Positions 9,537 through 19,276 of a DNA stretch of 64,000 nucleotides are shown piece by piece (the first letter of the stretch is position 1; each line of letters begins with the position of its first letter). The stretch covers positions 27,975 through 91,974 of the forward strand of contig CAYYJR010000017.1 in assembly GCA_964472305.1 (NCBI GenBank), written 5' to 3'. The position numbers and the translations under genes are program-made. The DNA is from an uncultured bacterium. GTDB taxonomy: Bacteria > Armatimonadota > Hebobacteria > CAIYQO01. A model generated the notes under the pieces. It was not told the origin of the DNA and searched no databases. It saw nothing but the letters and a program-made list of their open reading frames with translations.

Positions 9537-10925
9537 ATGGCGGCAGGTGCCCTCACGAAAGGCGAAAAGCGGCTCATCGTCGCGGTCTGCGCGTTCGTGC
9601 TGCTCATCGGCGGCGCGGCGTATTGGTGGAACTGGATGAATGCCATCCCCGCCATCGCCGTGCCGAAACCCCCGCCGTTGCCGAGTCCCAACGCGAAGGA
9701 TTACTTCGAGCAAGCGTATAACGTCCTTTTCTACAGTTCTAACTTACCGGCGTCGCGCACAGGGGCAAAAATAACCATTGAGCATGCAGAGAGATTTGAC
9801 CGATTTCGCTTTACGCCTCCGCCTGCACCAGGCAGCCCGCCCAATTATTCCTGGGATACACCTCCGCCCGGCGCCACCCTGGATGATTTCCGGGTCTTTG
9901 TCACGAAGAACGCGAAAACCTTCGCGCTGATCCGCCAGGGGTTGGCGTATGATTATGGCGAGATGGCGCCGCGCTCGTTCAATGCGCTGTTTCCGCATCT
10001 CGCACATCTTCGCCGCCTGGCGCGTTGCCTGGCTGCCGCCGGCAATGTCGCCGCCCTCGACGGAGACTGGACCGGTGCCACGGCCTATTACCTCGACGGC
10101 ATCGCCCTGGGTAAAAAAACGCAACAGGCTAATTCCGTCATAGGATTGCTGGTTAGTCTCGCGTTGGAGAACATCACTCGCCGGAATGCCTGGACGGTGG
10201 TCGATCACCTCGACGTCACCACCGCGCGCAACGCCACCCGGCGAATGGAAGCGCTCACTAACCCTACAATCGATTTCGCCACCATCCTTCAGGAAGAGAA
10301 ATGGGCCGGGCAGGCTTCATATCTGGAATTGATGTGCAAACCGGGATGGCAAGAGGTGTTGGTCGATGAGATGGGATGTGTAGATAGAACGCTTCAACTC
10401 AAACTATACCTCCGCACGATCAGCAAGCGTGCGATTATCGAAAATTACACCCGCTATATGGATGCTTGCATCGTCAACGCGAAATTGCCGTATACCGCGC
10501 TGAAAACGAAACCAGCCATCCCGCATGATCTCTTCAACAGGATGCTTTGTCACGATTTTGACAGCGAGCATCTGAAACTGGTGTATTCTGAAACGCAGGA
10601 TGCACTGCTGCTGGTCTCGTTCGCCCTGCGTGCCTACCGCCTGGAGCATGGCAGCTATCCGGCAACACTCACTGCCCTCGTGCCCGGTTATTTAAACGCC
10701 GTGCCGAATGATCCTTTCGCCTACAAAGGCTCACTGGGCTATGCGCGTAAAGGCTCTTCTTATATCCTTTACAGCGTTGGCCCGGACAGTCAGGACAACG
10801 GCGGCACGCCCAGCGCGGACGGCAGAATACCAATACGCCTGAATGGAGTGAAATTTTATACGTCAACCAATCCGTGTAATTCGAATTCCACCGGCGACAT
10901 CGTCGCGGGGGTGAATATCCGGTAA
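9537..10925 (+). CDS. Membrane-anchored hypothetical protein with a GspG/pseudopilin-like C-terminal domain
   Basis: Start ATG is preceded by AGGAGG (8-nt spacing). N-terminal TM LIVAVCAFVLLIGGAAYWW. C-terminus GSYPATLTALVPGYLNAVPNDPFAYKG...YILYSVGPDSQDNGG resembles T2SS protein G. No prepilin G/FTLIE leader. Confidence 0.6.
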   Translation: MAAGALTKGEKRLIVAVCAFVLLIGGAAYWWNWMNAIPAIAVPKPPPLPSPNAKDYFEQAYNVLFYSSNLPASRTGAKITIEHAERFDRFRFTPPPAPGSPPNYSWDTPPPGATLDDFRVFVTKNAKTFALIRQGLAYDYGEMAPRSFNALFPHLAHLRRLARCLAAAGNVAALDGDWTGATAYYLDGIALGKKTQQANSVIGLLVSLALENITRRNAWTVVDHLDVTTARNATRRMEALTNPTIDFATILQEEKWAGQASYLELMCKPGWQEVLVDEMGCVDRTLQLKLYLRTISKRAIIENYTRYMDACIVNAKLPYTALKTKPAIPHDLFNRMLCHDFDSEHLKLVYSETQDALLLVSFALRAYRLEHGSYPATLTALVPGYLNAVPNDPFAYKGSLGYARKGSSYILYSVGPDSQDNGGTPSADGRIPIRLNGVKFYTSTNPCNSNSTGDIVAGVNIR

Positions 10926-11043
10926 TATGCCCTTGCGCAGGCCTGTTCTTCCACCGGTACAGCCGCAGCGAACCGAGCAGCGACGCGCAAACCGGGAATC
11001 GTTCGTTCGGGTATTTTTCGGGTATACCACTCATGGATACCGT

Positions 11044-12777
11044 ATGATCGTCACCTTTTCGCTCCGCCGCTATCGCTGGTGGGTGCTGCTGGCCGGCGCC
11101 GTGATGTTCGTCGTCCTGGTGCGCGTGGTCTACTTCGCCTTGCTGCCGGCGGAGGGGTGGCTCACCCGCGGCTGGTATGCCATGCGCGACCGGCGGTATG
11201 ATATCGCCCTGACGTGCTTTCGCAACGCACAGCGCAACGATCCGCAAAGCGACCTGCCGCGACTGGCGCTCAACAGCGTCGCCAGGATTCATACCGTGCA
11301 TCCGCTGTCGCGTTTCGCCCCGTTCGCGGCTATTCCGTTTCTCGGCGACAGGTTGGTGGCCTGGGATGCCCTGATGCGGGAACGACGGTTCGCGCGGATC
11401 ACCGCGAATCCCGTGTGGATGGAAGCAACTTACGGCCCCTTCGGAGCGTCCAACGTTCCACCCGTCATTTTTGCCGGCTATTGGGGCGTGTCCTCGCGGG
11501 CCACCACGCTGCTCTTTACGGCCATGCGCGCCACGGCACAGGGACAATTCGCGCGGGCATGGCACGCCTTCCGGCAACTGGAACGGGATTCACCGTCGGC
11601 GTTCACCTACTTCCGCCAATCGTCAGGATACGTCTATCGGTACTACGCGTATGCCGCCGTATATTCCGGCCACCCGCGAGATGCCGAACGTATTCTCCTG
11701 ACGCTGCATTTGCCGGGACAGCCGTGCGATCTCGCGCTGTTGCACAACCTGCGAATGGGCTTCACCGACGGACCGCCGGCAGAGGCATGGGAATTCATCG
11801 GTTCCCTGCAAAGATCGGATTTCGCATGGTCGATTTCCAGGTCGCCGCTGATGCTGGCGCCGGGACGCGATGGCGCGCATTTACTGCCGGCCACACTCGC
11901 GGACACCGGGCAGCATTGGTGGCAATGGGACGGGCACTGGCGCGAACGCGCGAAGCAAGATCGCCGGCAACTGGCAGGAATGGCGCGGACGCTTTTCAGC
12001 AGGTCCTTACGCGACGAAACTTCCCAGCACGAAACGAAATTGGCGACGCTCGACTGTGCCTGGACGACAAATGCCGAGTTTCTCATCTTCAATCGTTTTT
12101 ACGACCGGCAAACCTACCACGGTCTCTGGCGCATCGACCACGGCGTGACGCCGCTGTCCGGTTACGACGCCGAGCAAGTACTCGGCGCGGGGAGCGACCT
12201 GTGGGTGCGCGGGATGCTCGATGTGACCCGCATCGCCGCGAACGACGAGGTGAGCGAGTATCGCGGGCGGCGGGGACAGGCGATCGGGGAGATTTTCACG
12301 CGGCCGCGCCCGTTGCCGCGGCCGGGAGTGGCGCTCGATCCCCACTGGACCCTGGCGCGCGATGGCGCGGAACGGTTATGGCTGGTGCGCTGGGACGGGC
12401 ACGAACTGGCACTGCGCGCGACGTGGGAGCAGGAGACGTTCCGTGCGCCGACTCCGAGCGAAACGGCGCGGGCGCGCGGCGGCTTTGTCGACAGCGCGGG
12501 GCGGTTGTGGCGGCCTGATGAACTGCCGGCGGGTTTTCGACGCGACGGCTGGCGGCACGCCCGCGGACTGCCGGCGTTCACCGGTCCGGCGGTATACGCG
12601 GTGGATGGCCGGCGCCGCGTGTGGGTGGTCCGCGGCGGGGTAGCCGCCTGCTGGGATGGTCGCTGGCGGAGCGTTGCCCATCGCCTGCCCAGCCTGCAAC
12701 CGCAATTCGTGACTGTCGTCGCCGCCGGCGACGGCGTGCTCATCGCGCTGCCGGCGCAGGTGTGTGCTCTGCAATAA
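11044..12777 (+). CDS. Hypothetical membrane protein (N-terminal TM, TPR-like region, repeat-rich C-terminus)
   Basis: ATG at 11044 gives MIVTFSLRRYRWWVLLAGAVMFVVLV (TM). Long ORF with coding-like codon bias. No enzymatic motif recognised. Confidence 0.55.
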   Translation: MIVTFSLRRYRWWVLLAGAVMFVVLVRVVYFALLPAEGWLTRGWYAMRDRRYDIALTCFRNAQRNDPQSDLPRLALNSVARIHTVHPLSRFAPFAAIPFLGDRLVAWDALMRERRFARITANPVWMEATYGPFGASNVPPVIFAGYWGVSSRATTLLFTAMRATAQGQFARAWHAFRQLERDSPSAFTYFRQSSGYVYRYYAYAAVYSGHPRDAERILLTLHLPGQPCDLALLHNLRMGFTDGPPAEAWEFIGSLQRSDFAWSISRSPLMLAPGRDGAHLLPATLADTGQHWWQWDGHWRERAKQDRRQLAGMARTLFSRSLRDETSQHETKLATLDCAWTTNAEFLIFNRFYDRQTYHGLWRIDHGVTPLSGYDAEQVLGAGSDLWVRGMLDVTRIAANDEVSEYRGRRGQAIGEIFTRPRPLPRPGVALDPHWTLARDGAERLWLVRWDGHELALRATWEQETFRAPTPSETARARGGFVDSAGRLWRPDELPAGFRRDGWRHARGLPAFTGPAVYAVDGRRRVWVVRGGVAACWDGRWRSVAHRLPSLQPQFVTVVAAGDGVLIALPAQVCALQ

Positions 12778-13077
12778 TATCCCTGCCGTCGATGCGCGTC
12801 GACGAGGTGGGGTGTCGCTTACACTCCCGTCGCGTTCTTCGCCGCCACCGGTCGCTTCTTCCCGCCGAAGCTGGCGACCACCCAATTTCAGTTCAGCGCC
12901 AGGTGGGTGATGACCAGCGCGGTAAACACCCACCCGCCCACCGGATGAATTTTCAGGAACGTCGCATCCGCAAGCTTGTCTGCGAAGATAGCCGCGACCT
13001 ACAGCCACCGCGCGAGCAGCAGCGGATTGATGAGGAGCCACCATCGATCGCGAATCAATGTGTCCTTTCGCGTCGCG

Positions 13078-13833
13078 CTAATCCGTGAGATAGAACCAGT
13101 TGTCCACGCCCGGCCCGAATTGTTGCGCCATCGCCGGCACAGGGGGGAAGCGAAATTCGTAGACCGACGATTTTGCAAAGCCGCGGGAACACCTGACCGA
13201 CAGACGCCAGGACTTGTCCGACGCGACGATATAGGTGAAACGGGGAAATGCCCATAGTCCCGTGGACGGGACACTGCGCAGGTAATCGGACTTCAGTGCG
13301 TCCAGGGAGGGCGGCAGCGTGTCGTTCTGTTCGAATTTATAGTGCATGATCGCGCTGATGACCGGCTTGCCGCTCGCAGCCACCTGCCGCAACGCCATTT
13401 GCCACACCGCATCTTCCTGGCGCGCCGTCGCCTGCATGATCGCGAAATAGCCGCCAAGCGTGCCGGCCAGCAGCAACCAGAGCAGCCCCAACACGCGCCA
13501 GTGGCGTCCACGACCGCCGATAAGCGCGATGAGCAGCCCGACCAGCGCGAGGATGTTGAGCAGCGCGAGCAGGAGCAACCCGTACCGTATGCCGGGTGCA
13601 TACGGTTGCTGGTGCAGCAGGTAATAGGCGCGCACGCCCAGCAGCACGACCCACCCCAGCGCGATCAGCGCGCTGGCGATCGGCGCGAACGGCGACAAGC
13701 GCGGCGCGGGCGGTTGTTCCGACGGCATCTCCATGGCAGCACCCATCCTTGCCCGTATCATACCACGCGAAAGCGGTCGGATAACAGTAGGCTTTCGGCG
13801 ATGAAGGATCGTCCCTGGTGGAGCGGGATGCAC
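13078..13833 (-). CDS. Hypothetical integral membrane protein
   Basis: Three or four hydrophobic helices (LSPFAPIASALIALGWVVLLGV, GLLLLALLNILALVGLLIALIGG, VLGLLWLLLAGTLGGYFAIM). Start uncertain: GTG 13833, or ATG 13759/13746. Confidence 0.55.
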   Translation of the reverse strand: MHPAPPGTILHRRKPTVIRPLSRGMIRARMGAAMEMPSEQPPAPRLSPFAPIASALIALGWVVLLGVRAYYLLHQQPYAPGIRYGLLLLALLNILALVGLLIALIGGRGRHWRVLGLLWLLLAGTLGGYFAIMQATARQEDAVWQMALRQVAASGKPVISAIMHYKFEQNDTLPPSLDALKSDYLRSVPSTGLWAFPRFTYIVASDKSWRLSVRCSRGFAKSSVYEFRFPPVPAMAQQFGPGVDNWFYLTD

Positions 13834-13848
13834 GGTTAAGGCACGTGT

Positions 13849-15051
13849 CTACTCATATCGGAGCGATTCAATCGGATCGAGGTTGGCGGCACGGCCCGCG
13901 GGCCACACGCCGAAGAACAGGCCGACGCCGACACTGACCACCAGCGCGATGACGATGGTGGTGGGGCTGAGGATGAACGTATTGAGAAAAGGCACGGTAG
14001 AGGCGATCAGCCAGAGCGTGAGGGCAGCGAGCACTACGCCGAAGCTGCCGCCGAAGAAGGTAAGCAGCATGGCCTCGATGAGGAACTGCAGGCGAATCTG
14101 CGCGGAGGTGGCGCCAATCGCCTTGCGCAACCCGATCTCGCGGGTGCGCTCGGTGACGGATACCAGCATGATATTCATGATGCCGATGCCGCCCACCAGC
14201 AACGAAAGGCCGGCCACCAACCCGAGGAATATTTGCAGGATGGACGTCACCGTACCGAGTACGTTTTGCAGCGATTCGACCGATTGCACCATAAAGATGC
14301 CCTTGCCGTAACGGCCTTCCATAATCCGTTTGGCGTGCTGCTCGACCACCTTGATGTCGTAGTGAGCGCGCACGCGCAGGATGGCATAATCGTATTCGCC
14401 GCGCCGGGTATCAGGGTGGTTGCGCCAGAGGAAATTGATGGGCATGTAGCCCATTGGCATGTCACCGCCGAACATGGCCGGCAGCGGCTCGATGACGCCC
14501 ACCACCGTCGCCTCCGCGCGCCCGCCATCGGGAAAATACAGGCGGATGCGCTTGCCCAGCGGGGCACCGGTGTTCCGCAGCAGCTCGCGCACCGCGCTGG
14601 GATTGAGTACCACGACCGGCTGGCCGATGCGTTCCTCGCTGATGGTGAAGTAGCGGCCTTTGGATAGGCGGATAGAGGGGTCGATCCGCCGCAGATCACC
14701 CAGCGTGCCGATGATCGACACCGTGCGCCGTTCGCCGGGCTTCTTCTCGTACTGGGTGGAGACTTGCAATTGCGGGTTGACCGATACCGGCAACCGCGCC
14801 AGCGCCTGCAGGTCACTCCCCTTCAACCGGCGCAGGTTCAACCCGGTGTTGTAATCTGGCTGCACGATAATGCTGCGGCTGGCCACCGACTCCAGCGACT
14901 TGTTGATGCCGGCGCTGGCCATCTGGCCCAGGCTGACCATGGCGGTGACGGCAAAGACGCCGATGACGATGCCGAGCAGCGCCAGGAAGGAGCGCATGCG
15001 ATTGGACCAGAGCGAATCCAGCGCTAGGCGGAAGTTGTCCAGCAGGCTCAC
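13849..15051 (-). CDS. macB: ABC transporter permease, MacB/FtsX family
   Basis: N-terminal [22 protein letters not shown], a large periplasmic domain and a C-terminal FtsX-type 3-TM bundle. The ATGA junction overlaps the upstream ATPase gene. Confidence 0.85.
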   Translation of the reverse strand: MSLLDNFRLALDSLWSNRMRSFLALLGIVIGVFAVTAMVSLGQMASAGINKSLESVASRSIIVQPDYNTGLNLRRLKGSDLQALARLPVSVNPQLQVSTQYEKKPGERRTVSIIGTLGDLRRIDPSIRLSKGRYFTISEERIGQPVVVLNPSAVRELLRNTGAPLGKRIRLYFPDGGRAEATVVGVIEPLPAMFGGDMPMGYMPINFLWRNHPDTRRGEYDYAILRVRAHYDIKVVEQHAKRIMEGRYGKGIFMVQSVESLQNVLGTVTSILQIFLGLVAGLSLLVGGIGIMNIMLVSVTERTREIGLRKAIGATSAQIRLQFLIEAMLLTFFGGSFGVVLAALTLWLIASTVPFLNTFILSPTTIVIALVVSVGVGLFFGVWPAGRAANLDPIESLRYE

Positions 15052-15776
15052 GGCTCGATCCTCCCGTCGCGCATGTGAATGATGCGCTTCGCGCGCGCCC
15101 CGATATCCGCTTCGTGCGTGACCATCACAATGGTCTTGCCTTCGCGGTGCAGCGCGTCGAACAGGTCCATGATCTCCGTGCTGGATTGCGTGTCCAGGTT
15201 GCCGGTCGGTTCGTCGGCGAGCAGGATATCCGGTTCCTGCACCAGCGCGCGGGCGATGGCGACCCGCTGTTTTTGCCCGCCGGACAGTTCGTTGGGATAG
15301 TGCTGCATGCGGTCATCGAGCCCCACCGCCGCCAGCGCAGCCTGTGCCCGTCGCCTGCGCTCGATCTGCTCCAGGCCGCGATAAATCAACGGTTGCTCGA
15401 CGTTCGTCAGCGCGGTGAAGCGCGGCAACAGGAAGAATGCCTGAAAGACGAAGCCGATGCGCCGGTTGCGCGTGCGCGCCAGCTCCTTCTCCACCATGCT
15501 GCTCACCTCCGCGCCGCCCAACCGATATGATCCCGCGGTGGGACGGTCGAGCAGGCCAATGATGTGCATGAGCGTCGATTTCCCCGATCCGCTCGGTCCC
15601 ATGATCGCCACGTAGTCCCCGGCATCAATCCGCAGGTCGATGCCGCATAACGCATGCACCTCCACCGGGCGATCCGCGCTGCCGGAAGAGTAGATTTTTG
15701 TCACCGCATGCATATCGACGAGAGCGGTCATATCTTGCACCTGATGCGAAGCAACGGGACGAACCGTGGATGACAC
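15048..15776 (-). CDS. ABC transporter ATP-binding protein (MacB/LolD-type)
   Basis: Walker [10 protein letters not shown], signature [15 protein letters not shown], Walker [13 protein letters not shown]. Start could instead be the internal ATG at 15731. Confidence 0.9.
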   Translation of the reverse strand: MSSTVRPVASHQVQDMTALVDMHAVTKIYSSGSADRPVEVHALCGIDLRIDAGDYVAIMGPSGSGKSTLMHIIGLLDRPTAGSYRLGGAEVSSMVEKELARTRNRRIGFVFQAFFLLPRFTALTNVEQPLIYRGLEQIERRRRAQAALAAVGLDDRMQHYPNELSGGQKQRVAIARALVQEPDILLADEPTGNLDTQSSTEIMDLFDALHREGKTIVMVTHEADIGARAKRIIHMRDGRIEP

Positions 15777-15830
15777 GGAGCGGGGCGTTGTCGTTTCGCG
15801 ATCGCTTCCCGCCGTGCGGTTCGTGCCCCG

Positions 15831-17069
15831 CTACTGCCGGTTCTCATCCTTCTCCCAGCCATACACCACGCGGGCGCCGTTTTTCAGGGTGTCGGCGGGC
15901 AAGGTGACCACATTCAAGCCGGGTGTCAATCCCTCGACCACCGCGTGGGTAAGGTTGCGCGCGGTGACGGTGATGGTTTTCTTCGCCACGGTGGCCACCG
16001 TCGGGCGTTTCGGTACGACTTTGCCCACCGGGGTGGCGATCCACACGGCATATTGCCGTGCGCCGTCCTTGCGCGATTCCACCAGTGCCTCCAACGGCAC
16101 CTGCACGGCGTTGGCGATGCGCCGGGTGACCACGCGCGCGGTGGCGGTGTAGCCGGAGCGGGCGCGGATATCTTCTTCGAGGAATCGAAACTTCACCGGC
16201 AGCGTGGCGCTGCCGCCTTCACCTTTCACGGTGGCGACCACGCCCAGCTCATCGACCACGGCCGCCAGCGGATGGTCGGGGTCGGCGTCCAGCTCGATGC
16301 GCGCGGGCATGCCGGGTGAAAGCAGCCACGCCTCTGCCTCCTGAATCTGCGCCTTCACGCGCAGCGTGTCGCGCTGCACCAGCTTGATACTGCCTTGCGC
16401 CGCCTCGCCGACGCGGAAATCCACCGTCGCGATGCGCCCCGCGACCGGGGCGCGCAGCGCCGACTCGCGCAGCGCCTGCGCGGTGCCCTGCATCTCGGCA
16501 TGGCGCGCGGCGATCTGCGCCAGCGTATCGTTGCGGCGGCTCTCCGCCGCAACCAGCAGCGTATTCAGGTCGGCTTGCATGCTGTTCACCTGGCGCTGCA
16601 AATCGCGCACCGCATCGGCGGATTCCGCCCCCGCCGCCAGCAGTTGCCGCGCCAGCCGCAGCTTGCGGCGGGCGTCGGCCAGGTCGGCGTTCAACTTGCG
16701 CTGGTCATTGCGCGTGGTAATCGCCTGCGCGCGCAGCGCGTCGTGCAGCGCGGCGATATTCGCCGTGGCGGCAGCCTGGCTCTCGCGCTCGCGGGACAGG
16801 TCCAGTTCGGCAAGCAAAGCGCCCGCCGCCACCGTATCCTGTTCGTGCACCATCACCCGCGCCACGCGGCCTGGGGTGGTGAAGCTGAGTGTGTAAATTT
16901 TCGCTTCCACGTTGCCGGTGCCGTTCACCTCGCGCACGAAGATGTCGCGCGTCACCGGTCCCACGGTCACCTGCGCCGGCGCGTGTTCCTTCGCGTATTT
17001 CGCCCAGATCGATCCGCCCACGATTAACACAGCCAGCAAGGCAATGGCTACGCCACAGCCGATCTTCAT
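15831..17069 (-). CDS. Efflux periplasmic adaptor (HlyD/MacA membrane-fusion family)
   Basis: Start MKIGCGVAIALLAVLIVGG (TM), long coiled-coil region and a beta-barrel C-terminus. The ATGA junction overlaps the stop of the upstream OMF gene. Confidence 0.8.
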   Translation of the reverse strand: MKIGCGVAIALLAVLIVGGSIWAKYAKEHAPAQVTVGPVTRDIFVREVNGTGNVEAKIYTLSFTTPGRVARVMVHEQDTVAAGALLAELDLSRERESQAAATANIAALHDALRAQAITTRNDQRKLNADLADARRKLRLARQLLAAGAESADAVRDLQRQVNSMQADLNTLLVAAESRRNDTLAQIAARHAEMQGTAQALRESALRAPVAGRIATVDFRVGEAAQGSIKLVQRDTLRVKAQIQEAEAWLLSPGMPARIELDADPDHPLAAVVDELGVVATVKGEGGSATLPVKFRFLEEDIRARSGYTATARVVTRRIANAVQVPLEALVESRKDGARQYAVWIATPVGKVVPKRPTVATVAKKTITVTARNLTHAVVEGLTPGLNVVTLPADTLKNGARVVYGWEKDENRQ

Positions 17070-18028
17070 GCCGCACCTCCCGCCGTCTGCCACAGGCCGA
17101 AAGACGCCAGCCACAGCTCAGCCAGAGCGCTCATGCACTGCGCCTGGCTATCGAGTTCCGCCACCTCGGCGTCAGCCAGCGCCAGCCGCGAGATGGCGCC
17201 GGTGCCGAAACGTTGTCGCGCCGTGTCCAGGCCGGCGACAGCCAGCGCGCGCGATTCCCGCGCCAGCCGCAGCTTCTCGCGCGCGGCTTGATAGCGCCGG
17301 ATGCCGGCGTCGAGTGCCTCATATTGCAGCCGCGTCACATCGCGCAGCGCGTCGACGGCGTTGTCATGTGCGCGTTGCGCGGCAGCCAGATCGAGCGGCG
17401 CGGTATCCGGCCCTCTCGCCAAATCGAGCGCCCGTTTCGCCTCGTTCGCCTGCTGCTGCGCCTGCACTACCCTGGGATGGCGGGTGACGGTCAGCACGGT
17501 GGGGTCGAGCGCGGGGGGATCGGCCAGCGGCTCGTCCGGCAACGGGCCATAAACATACAGTCGCGCCTGCGCGCCGGCCAGCGTGCGCGAATCCTCCGCC
17601 ACGGCGGCGTCGGCCCGCGCGGCGGTGTCACGTACCCGGTTGCGCTCCTGCGGCGCGATAGCCCCTGCCTGCAGCTTGATCTCGGCGGCGTGAAGCTGCA
17701 AGGCTGTTTGCGCGGCTTGCGCCGTGCTTAACGCCAACCGCTGCCGGGCTACCAGCACGTCGGTGAGCGCGATGTAGATTTTCAATTTCGCCGACGTTTC
17801 CGCCAGCGCCAGCGACGCGCCGGCTGTCGCCTGGCCATCCCGCGCGCGTGCGAGCGCCATCGGCGTTGCCTCCGGATCGGCTTTTGCCTTCGCCAGCGCG
17901 TCATCCGCGGTCGCCACCGCCCGCTGTGCTGCCAGGTAATCGGCGTCAGTGCGGTAGGCATCGAGCAATGCGGCACGCGCCGGCAGCGCCATCAATACCG
18001 CGACGACGATCGCTCCCAATCCTCTCAT
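17066..18028 (-). CDS. TolC-like outer membrane efflux protein, short (320 aa)
   Basis: Signal peptide MRGLGAIVVAVLMALPARA after SD GGAGGAACAACC. Ala/Leu/Gln-rich helical repeats typical of OMF proteins. Its ATG overlaps the stop of the preceding OMF gene (ATGA). Confidence 0.7.
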   Translation of the reverse strand: MRGLGAIVVAVLMALPARAALLDAYRTDADYLAAQRAVATADDALAKAKADPEATPMALARARDGQATAGASLALAETSAKLKIYIALTDVLVARQRLALSTAQAAQTALQLHAAEIKLQAGAIAPQERNRVRDTAARADAAVAEDSRTLAGAQARLYVYGPLPDEPLADPPALDPTVLTVTRHPRVVQAQQQANEAKRALDLARGPDTAPLDLAAAQRAHDNAVDALRDVTRLQYEALDAGIRRYQAAREKLRLARESRALAVAGLDTARQRFGTGAISRLALADAEVAELDSQAQCMSALAELWLASFGLWQTAGGAA

Positions 18029-19242
18029 GGTTGTTCCTCCCAGGCGCCGTTTGCCAGGGTCAGATAGGCGCCGACCGTCTGCACGTAGCCTTTCCATGCC
18101 AGCGCCAGCGCGACATCCGCTTTCGCCTGCACCTCGTCGGCCTCCAACACCGCCAACTCGCCGACGGCGCCGGCCGCGGCCTTTGCGCGCACGGCGGCGC
18201 TCTTGCGCGCGGCGAGCGTCACCCGCTCCTTCGCCAGTGCCAGACTCTCCCCCGCCGACTCCGCCGCGCGACGCGCCTGCGGCAGTTGCACCGCCAGTTG
18301 CCCGCGCTGGGTGGCCAGCCGCGACTGCGCCAGTGATTGCTCGGCGCGTGCGGTGCGAATGGACGTCCAGTTCAGCGGATCGATGGGCAGTTCGGCCTTC
18401 ACGGTGAAGGTCCACCCCGCGCCATACAGCAGGAAAGTGGGATCGTAGAGCGTGGGATAGCCGGCGGTAACCGCAAGGCCGGGACCGCGGGTGGTAAGCG
18501 AGGTGGAAACCTGCGATTTGCCCAGGTAGGAAGCGTCGAACACCAATGCCGGCAGCAGGTCGCGCTTGATCTTCTTCGCGCGCGCTTCCGCCAGTCGCAA
18601 CTCCCATGCGGATTCCTGATACGCGGGTACGTCGTCAACGGCAGCGTCGGGCAGCGTGAAAGTGAGTACGCCGGGCTCCGCCGCATCCACCAGCGCCAGC
18701 CGCTTAGCTTCCTCCTGCGCGGCCACCAGCGCTTTGTGCGCCTGTCGCAGGCTCAATTCGGCGTCGGCATGGTCGATGCGCGCCAACTCCAGGTCGAGTG
18801 CGGACAATCCGCCCACTTCGTGCTTGCGTGCCGCTTCGGCGGCGACCAGTTTCGCGTAGGCGGTGTGTTGCTCGGCGGCGTGTTGGCTCGCCTGGCAAGC
18901 CCACAACTCCGCGTGAGCGAGCAGGGCGGCGTTGGCATCGTCGCGCGCCTGCCGCGCCAACTCGCGCTTGGTAGTCTCGATCAAGCGCCGACTGTCCAGC
19001 AGGGCGACGGGGTTATGGCTGTAAGCCAGTGAAAGATTGTAGTTCGACTTGCCGTCAAGCGTGCCGGCGGAAACCGTACCCGCGGTGCCCAGCACGGTCG
19101 CCCGCGCCTGCGCCTGCACTGCCTCCAGCTTCAGCTTCAGTGCGACAACCTCCTTGCCGCGATACGACAGCGCCTCCCGCGGCCCGAAACCCAGGACCGG
19201 GGACAACGCCACCGCCAGCAGCAGGATGCACCACCGTCGCAC
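18025..19242 (-). CDS. TolC-like outer membrane efflux protein (about 405 aa)
   Basis: OMF-type helical repeats and beta segments (FDASYLGKSQVSTSLTT..., TFTVKAELPIDPLNW). Start set at GTG 19242, just before the hydrophobic WCILLLAVAL. The track ORF runs up to 19563, but that part would overlap the upstream gene. Confidence 0.65.
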   Translation of the reverse strand: MRRWCILLLAVALSPVLGFGPREALSYRGKEVVALKLKLEAVQAQARATVLGTAGTVSAGTLDGKSNYNLSLAYSHNPVALLDSRRLIETTKRELARQARDDANAALLAHAELWACQASQHAAEQHTAYAKLVAAEAARKHEVGGLSALDLELARIDHADAELSLRQAHKALVAAQEEAKRLALVDAAEPGVLTFTLPDAAVDDVPAYQESAWELRLAEARAKKIKRDLLPALVFDASYLGKSQVSTSLTTRGPGLAVTAGYPTLYDPTFLLYGAGWTFTVKAELPIDPLNWTSIRTARAEQSLAQSRLATQRGQLAVQLPQARRAAESAGESLALAKERVTLAARKSAAVRAKAAAGAVGELAVLEADEVQAKADVALALAWKGYVQTVGAYLTLANGAWEEQP

Positions 19243-19276
19243 GCTGAATACTATTCGCGCCCGGCACCGGGAACTC

